DNA of 63,728 bases, counting the filler, from Stramenopiles sp. TOSAG23-2 (Eukaryota): the NCBI GenBank assembly GCA_900128395.1. It is 33 parts of 33 records of this genome, joined end to end, with 100 filler letters (N's around TTAATTAATTAA, not from the genome) between each part and the next. Parts side by side here need not be neighbours in the genome. Positions count along the whole stretch, not along the records: positions 58,068 to 59,888 come from LT652310.1; positions 59,989 to 61,808 come from LT652311.1; positions 61,909 to 63,728 come from LT652312.1; 30 more parts are not named here. One strand, given 5' to 3'. Below are positions 59,068 to 63,728 of this stretch, piece by piece. The position numbers were made by a program, and so were the translations under genes. Under the pieces are notes generated by a model, which ran no database searches, had not been told where the DNA came from, and saw nothing but the letters and a program-made list of their open reading frames with translations. How positions within the stretch are numbered: the first letter of the stretch is position 1; the number at the start of each line of letters is the position of its first letter.

Positions 59068-59989
59068 AGAGGAAAATATATTAATAATATATTATTGATA
59101 CTTATTACTATACATCTGCATATAGGAACACAATAATGTATAATGTATATATATATTATATATTACTAGGGGCTAACGCCGCCGGCAAATGCTCGAAATA
59201 AGGAGGCAGTAATTGCGACCATTTTGGTGGCCGGCGTCGCATGTTCATTTTATGTTGTTATTAATATATTTTTGTACTAGGGGCTAACGCCGCCGGCAAA
59301 TGCTCGAAATAAGGAGGCAGTAATTGCGATCATTTTGGTGGCCGGCGTCGCATGTTCATTTTATGTTGTTATTAATATATTTTTGTTTCACGATCTTATT
59401 ATTGGTATTAAAGTTACATGTTTTCATTTTGAAGAAAATCCTTATATACACAAAACAGTTATACCCCATGTTGTTATTCGGTCATAATTACTTCCTCGTT
59501 AATGTACTGCATGTTGAAATAGATATTTTTTGTGAACAATACAATTTATTTTTTAAGGATTATGGTAATAAATTAAATAGAAACTTATGACAGTATAAGG
59601 TATATTGTATAGTATATCGTATATCACTAATCCATTCATTCATTTTTCCTTTACGATACTATGCCCATGTTAATTCTATTTACCATGAACGTATCATTGA
59701 CTATTTTAATTTCATATATATACGTAAAATTTTTTTTCACACTTAAACAGAACATGAAATATCCTAAGTAGCAACCTATACATATTAACAATGGCAGCTT
59801 ATGAACAGGAAAAGTAGCGATGATCTGGTGGTAAGTGTGAATCCCTTAAAACAGCACAAACACATAACGGTAAGACTATGCTACTTTTNNNNNNNNNNNN
59901 NNNNNNNNNNNNNNNNNNNNNNNNNNNNNNNNTTAATTAATTAANNNNNNNNNNNNNNNNNNNNNNNNNNNNNNNNNNNNNNNNNNNNT

Positions 59990-60670
59990 GTACGTGATGA
60001 AGCATTGAGTATTGATTATGAAGGTAGAAGAAGTATAAATGAATTGAGACTTTCACATCCAGCAAGAAGACTTTATTTATTAATTGAAAGATATCGAGTA
60101 GATTTTTCACGTGGTAGAAATCTCGAAGATGAAATACCAACACCTATCGTATGTGCATGTCAACATCGATATATGGATGATGTGCAATCATTTGTGAATC
60201 TTCATCCTTATCACAAGTATATTACTAATCGTGATGCGAATGGCTACAGAGATGATATGACATTGAAAGAATACGTGAATCAAGTCGGTACAGATAGTTA
60301 TGGTTATGAAATGACACCGTTAATGAAAGCTGCAGAGAACGAACATTTCCAAATAGTTAAATATTTAATTGAACAAGGTGAAGCTGATCCTAATGTTGCA
60401 AATAGTGATGGATATAATGCATTGCATTTAGCAGTATATAACAAAACGAATACTGAGTTGATTGAATTGTTATTAACTGATATGCCTCTTGATAGTATTA
60501 ATAAGAAGACGAGGTGGGGAGCGACTCCCCTGGACAGGGCATATGCATATAATCATACTCCACTTCGCCAAAAGGTCATTGCACTGTTACGTTTAAAAGG
60601 TGGAAAAGGAAATTTTCATGATGAAAATGGTATAAGAGTAGGAGAAGGTAATGGTGATTTAAATCATTAA
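59990..60670 (+). CDS. Ankyrin-repeat protein, 5' truncated
   Basis: TPLMKAAENEHFQIVKYLIEQGEADPN, GYNALHLAV and GATPLDRA. Confidence 0.9.
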   Translation, partial: VRDEALSIDYEGRRSINELRLSHPARRLYLLIERYRVDFSRGRNLEDEIPTPIVCACQHRYMDDVQSFVNLHPYHKYITNRDANGYRDDMTLKEYVNQVGTDSYGYEMTPLMKAAENEHFQIVKYLIEQGEADPNVANSDGYNALHLAVYNKTNTELIELLLTDMPLDSINKKTRWGATPLDRAYAYNHTPLRQKVIALLRLKGGKGNFHDENGIRVGEGNGDLNH

Positions 60671-61132
60671 AAAAATGTTTTTGTTGATTTTGCTGATTAA
60701 AGAGTTTACTAAAAAACATAAAATATATTTTGTGTACACATGTATTTATGCAGATCCTTTTTGTCTCAGAGTCTTCTCGGTGTTCACCATCTCTTCTCTA
60801 TCATATCGCGGCCATATTGACTAATAAGTCTTCTTTTTGTTGAATGGCCTTTATATATTTATATAGATAGATATGATATAGCAAGGGGGAAAGGGGAGGA
60901 ATATATGTATATATAGATAGATAGACCATTCTTCTTCTTCTTTTAGTGACTTTGTAGTAAAACTAAAATTTATAAGAATAATCAACATTGTATTCTACAA
61001 CAATATATATATATACATTATTTGGAAATTGTAATACACATTAACATTCATAAAATTAATACAATTTATATTATATATCTACAAATAAAGAAACTACCAA
61101 ATTACAAATTTAAATTAAAAAAGCAAAAAAAC

Positions 61133-61808
61133 ATGTCGGTTGATCGTACAACACGTGGTAATATGTGGAAGCCAAAACCATCATTTACAAAGACATATCC
61201 AAATGGACAACCAAAGCCATTTTCACCACGGCGTATTGCATTATCGCGTGGGGTATTTGCTCATAATTATATCCATACCAATCTTAAACGACATGATATT
61301 AATAATACAACAACAAATAATCAAACTGATAATGTTACGTTGAAATCGTATGTTGATTTAGCAGATGCATATGCAGCAATTGTAAGTAGACATCTCCTAC
61401 GAACATCTCCTACGAAAAAAAACTTGACGCAATAAACTAACACTATGATATACATACATACATATCCATACATAGGGACAATATGAAATAGCAGAGGAAA
61501 AATATCGTAGTGCATTAACTGCATATGATGGATCAATTCATACAGCATCCATCATTTCACGTTGTTTATGTGGAATGGGAGCTGTTTGTACAGCTACAAG
61601 TAGATTTGATGAAGCAAAACAATATTTATTATTAGGATTAAAATTTTTAACAGCTGCAACTGAAACTGCTTCAAATGCAAAAATAGCACGTGAACAAATG
61701 GAAGAAACCATGATAACAACAACATCAACAACAACCAATGTGGATGTTGCTACTGATATCATGGAAAATATAAATAAAGATTTAGATGATTGGAAATTTG
61801 CTGATTTA
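61133..61808 (+). CDS. TPR-like protein; intron 61382-61475; 3' truncated
   Basis: GTAAGT...TAG joins LADAYAAI to GQYEIAEEKYRSAL, in frame with CLCGMGAVCTATSRFDEAKQYL. Confidence 0.75.
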
Positions 61809-62276
61809 NNNNNNNNNNNNNNNNNNNNNNNNNNNNNNNNNNNNNNNNNNNNTTAATTAATTAANNNNNNNNNNNNNNNNNNNNNNNNNNNNNNNNNNNN
61901 NNNNNNNNATGAATCAGGTAACGTTTCTGCCATGGTTGTTTTTATTATGTGTGAGGTTGCTATGTTATGTCTATATGTTTGTTATCTGTTTCTGTAGTAT
62001 GTCATTAGACGATTATCTACTTCAATTTGATGTTATGTAATTCTATGTGTTGGCCAAAGTAAGACGGAGGAGAGAGTGGGAGTTAAAATTAGGGTTTTAT
62101 GAGATGACTAAAATATTTATAATAATCGTTTCAACTCCTCTCTCTCTTATCTATTGATGATCGATGTACATATTTAATAATATACACATTGATCAAAACA
62201 AAATAGAAACAGATAGACAGACAGACAGACAGATAGACTAATATACAATTACATATACATATATACAATAGAAAAT

Positions 62277-63361
62277 ATGGAGGAAATCAAAAACAATAAA
62301 CCACCATCAACATCATCCATGTCATCACCAAAAGGGATGGATAAGGTACAAAAAATATTAAACAAGAAACAATCATACATATATACAATAGAAAATATGG
62401 AGGAAATCAAAAACAATAAACCACCATCAACATCATCCATGTCATCACCAAAAGGGATGGATAAGGTACAAAAAATATTAAACAAGAAACAATCAGGACA
62501 GGATGATAATGATGAAAAAGAAGAAGTAGTAAATGTACAGAATGAAAAGACCAATAACGAAATTAAAATACCACCACCACCACCATCTGATCCACCACCA
62601 ACCAAAAAGAAAAAAACATCTAGATTAAGCATGTGGAAGAAGAAGAAACGCGATAGTCCACAAAGAAGGTCCACTAAAAAAATTTCGTCCAAAATATATC
62701 CAGAAACATTTGTTGTAAAAGGATCGTTTACTATTGTAAATACTGATTTTGAGATGCAGCAGACGAAAATATTTCATAGAGAATCTCATGCACCATTTTT
62801 ATTACGGATGCACTTGTTTGATATGATAGGGAAAGATCGTTTACTATTGTAAATACTGATTTTGAGATGCAGCAGACGAAAATATTTCATAGAGAATCTC
62901 ATGCACCATTTTTATTACGGATGCACTTGTTTGATATGATAGGGAAAATGCGAATAGCAAGATTGAAGCAACGTAGACGTAGAATTGATCATTCAGGAGT
63001 TATTCATGAATTAGACATGTCTCGTAAAGGAAGCTTTGTTTTACAAGAGATATCAAATAAATTTGTAAATGCACAAAATTTGATAACAAATGTGCTTGGT
63101 CAGAAAAAATCAAAACATGCATATCGTGGTGCACTTTATGTTTATACTGATGTTGGACCAAAATGGTTAAATAAAATTGTAAAGAAAATCAAAGAATTTG
63201 GCAAAACTGTTGATAAAAAAACAGACGAAGTTTCGATGAAGCGAAAACAATTACAATATATGGAATTATTGAATATAAGTAGAGGCAATTCGCCTTCAAA
63301 TTCACCAAATACACATTCTTCCAAGTCATCAACTAATAAGAAAAAGATGGCACAAATGTGA
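62277..63361 (+). CDS. Hypothetical basic protein, split by tandem duplications
   Basis: Removing the 113-bp duplication (copies at 62722 and 62835) joins ORFs 62277 and 62867. A 120-bp duplication repeats the start. Confidence 0.65.
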
Positions 63362-63728
63362 AGGTGGTTTTTAGTAGAGTAGATTTAGTGTATGATAGGG
63401 AGAGTTTTTTAGAAAGGGAGCTTCAAGAAAAAAAAGGTGTTTTTTTAGTGTTTTTCCGTAAGATAAAAATGTTAAGTAAGAGAGAGTCGTATGATATAAT
63501 AAAACACACAAACCTAAATATTTTTAAATTACCAAAAAGTGCATTAAACGGAGTGTGGTGATTTTTTACACACGCGCACAAAAATGTTTTTTTCAAAAAT
63601 GTAATATGTAAGCCACAGCAGTATTTCTTTTTTTCTCTATATCAGCTCATATCATATCATATGCATATGATACCATACCCTCTCTCAGCAAACTTGTAAT
63701 AATTGATTCAAAAAAGATTCGACTTGGA

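Noticed and set aside
1856-61908. Regularly spaced TTAATTAATTAA 'repeat' and ORFs ending in X...LIN or X...N
   Set aside because: Artificial concatenation linker, not biological.
967-63561. Numerous 60-290 aa ORFs antisense to or overlapping real genes (e.g. 42622-43485, 18120-18482, 58616-59098, 36831-37199)
   Set aside because: Shadow frames of coding or repetitive sequence with no independent motifs.
1-63728. Alternative genetic code or programmed frameshifting
   Set aside because: Conserved genes translate cleanly with the standard code and use TAA, TAG and TGA as stops. Frame breaks are explained by introns, tandem duplications or small deletions.

Overview
This window is not one continuous locus. 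It is 33 short contigs (about 1855 down to about 1820 bp, sorted by decreasing length) joined by artificial 100-bp spacers (N44-TTAATTAATTAA-N44), so adjacency across spacers has no biological meaning. The DNA is from an AT-rich microbial eukaryote with the standard genetic code, short GT-AG introns (78-192 nt) and PTS1 peroxisomal signals. Gene content suggests an uncultured stramenopile-like protist from a single-cell or metagenome assembly (inference). Recognisable genes include NOP58, the SMC2 5' end, SPCS3, the DTWD1 3' end, peroxisomal 2,4-dienoyl-CoA reductase, two mitochondrial carriers, a Kv-beta-type aldo-keto reductase, a Stealth phosphotransferase, an M14 carboxypeptidase, an FMO ending in SKL, an acyltransferase-3 and a valyl-tRNA synthetase fragment. 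The best candidate for an undescribed system is one ORF (46706 to >48351) fusing a complete urate oxidase to a divergent malate-synthase-like domain, linking the first step of purine catabolism to disposal of its glyoxylate end product. Other notable items are a eukaryotic ArsJ-like arsenic efflux permease, a 384-bp MITE with an 8-bp TSD, an array of a bipartite 24-bp motif, recurrent TACGA..TCGTA palindromes in gene 3' flanks, a P2X-like TM segment followed by EF hands, several unusual domain architectures, and a CpG-depleted relic. Many 70-160 bp near-identical tandem duplications, and one chimera, look like assembly artefacts. All family assignments come from motif recognition by eye; no searches were run.
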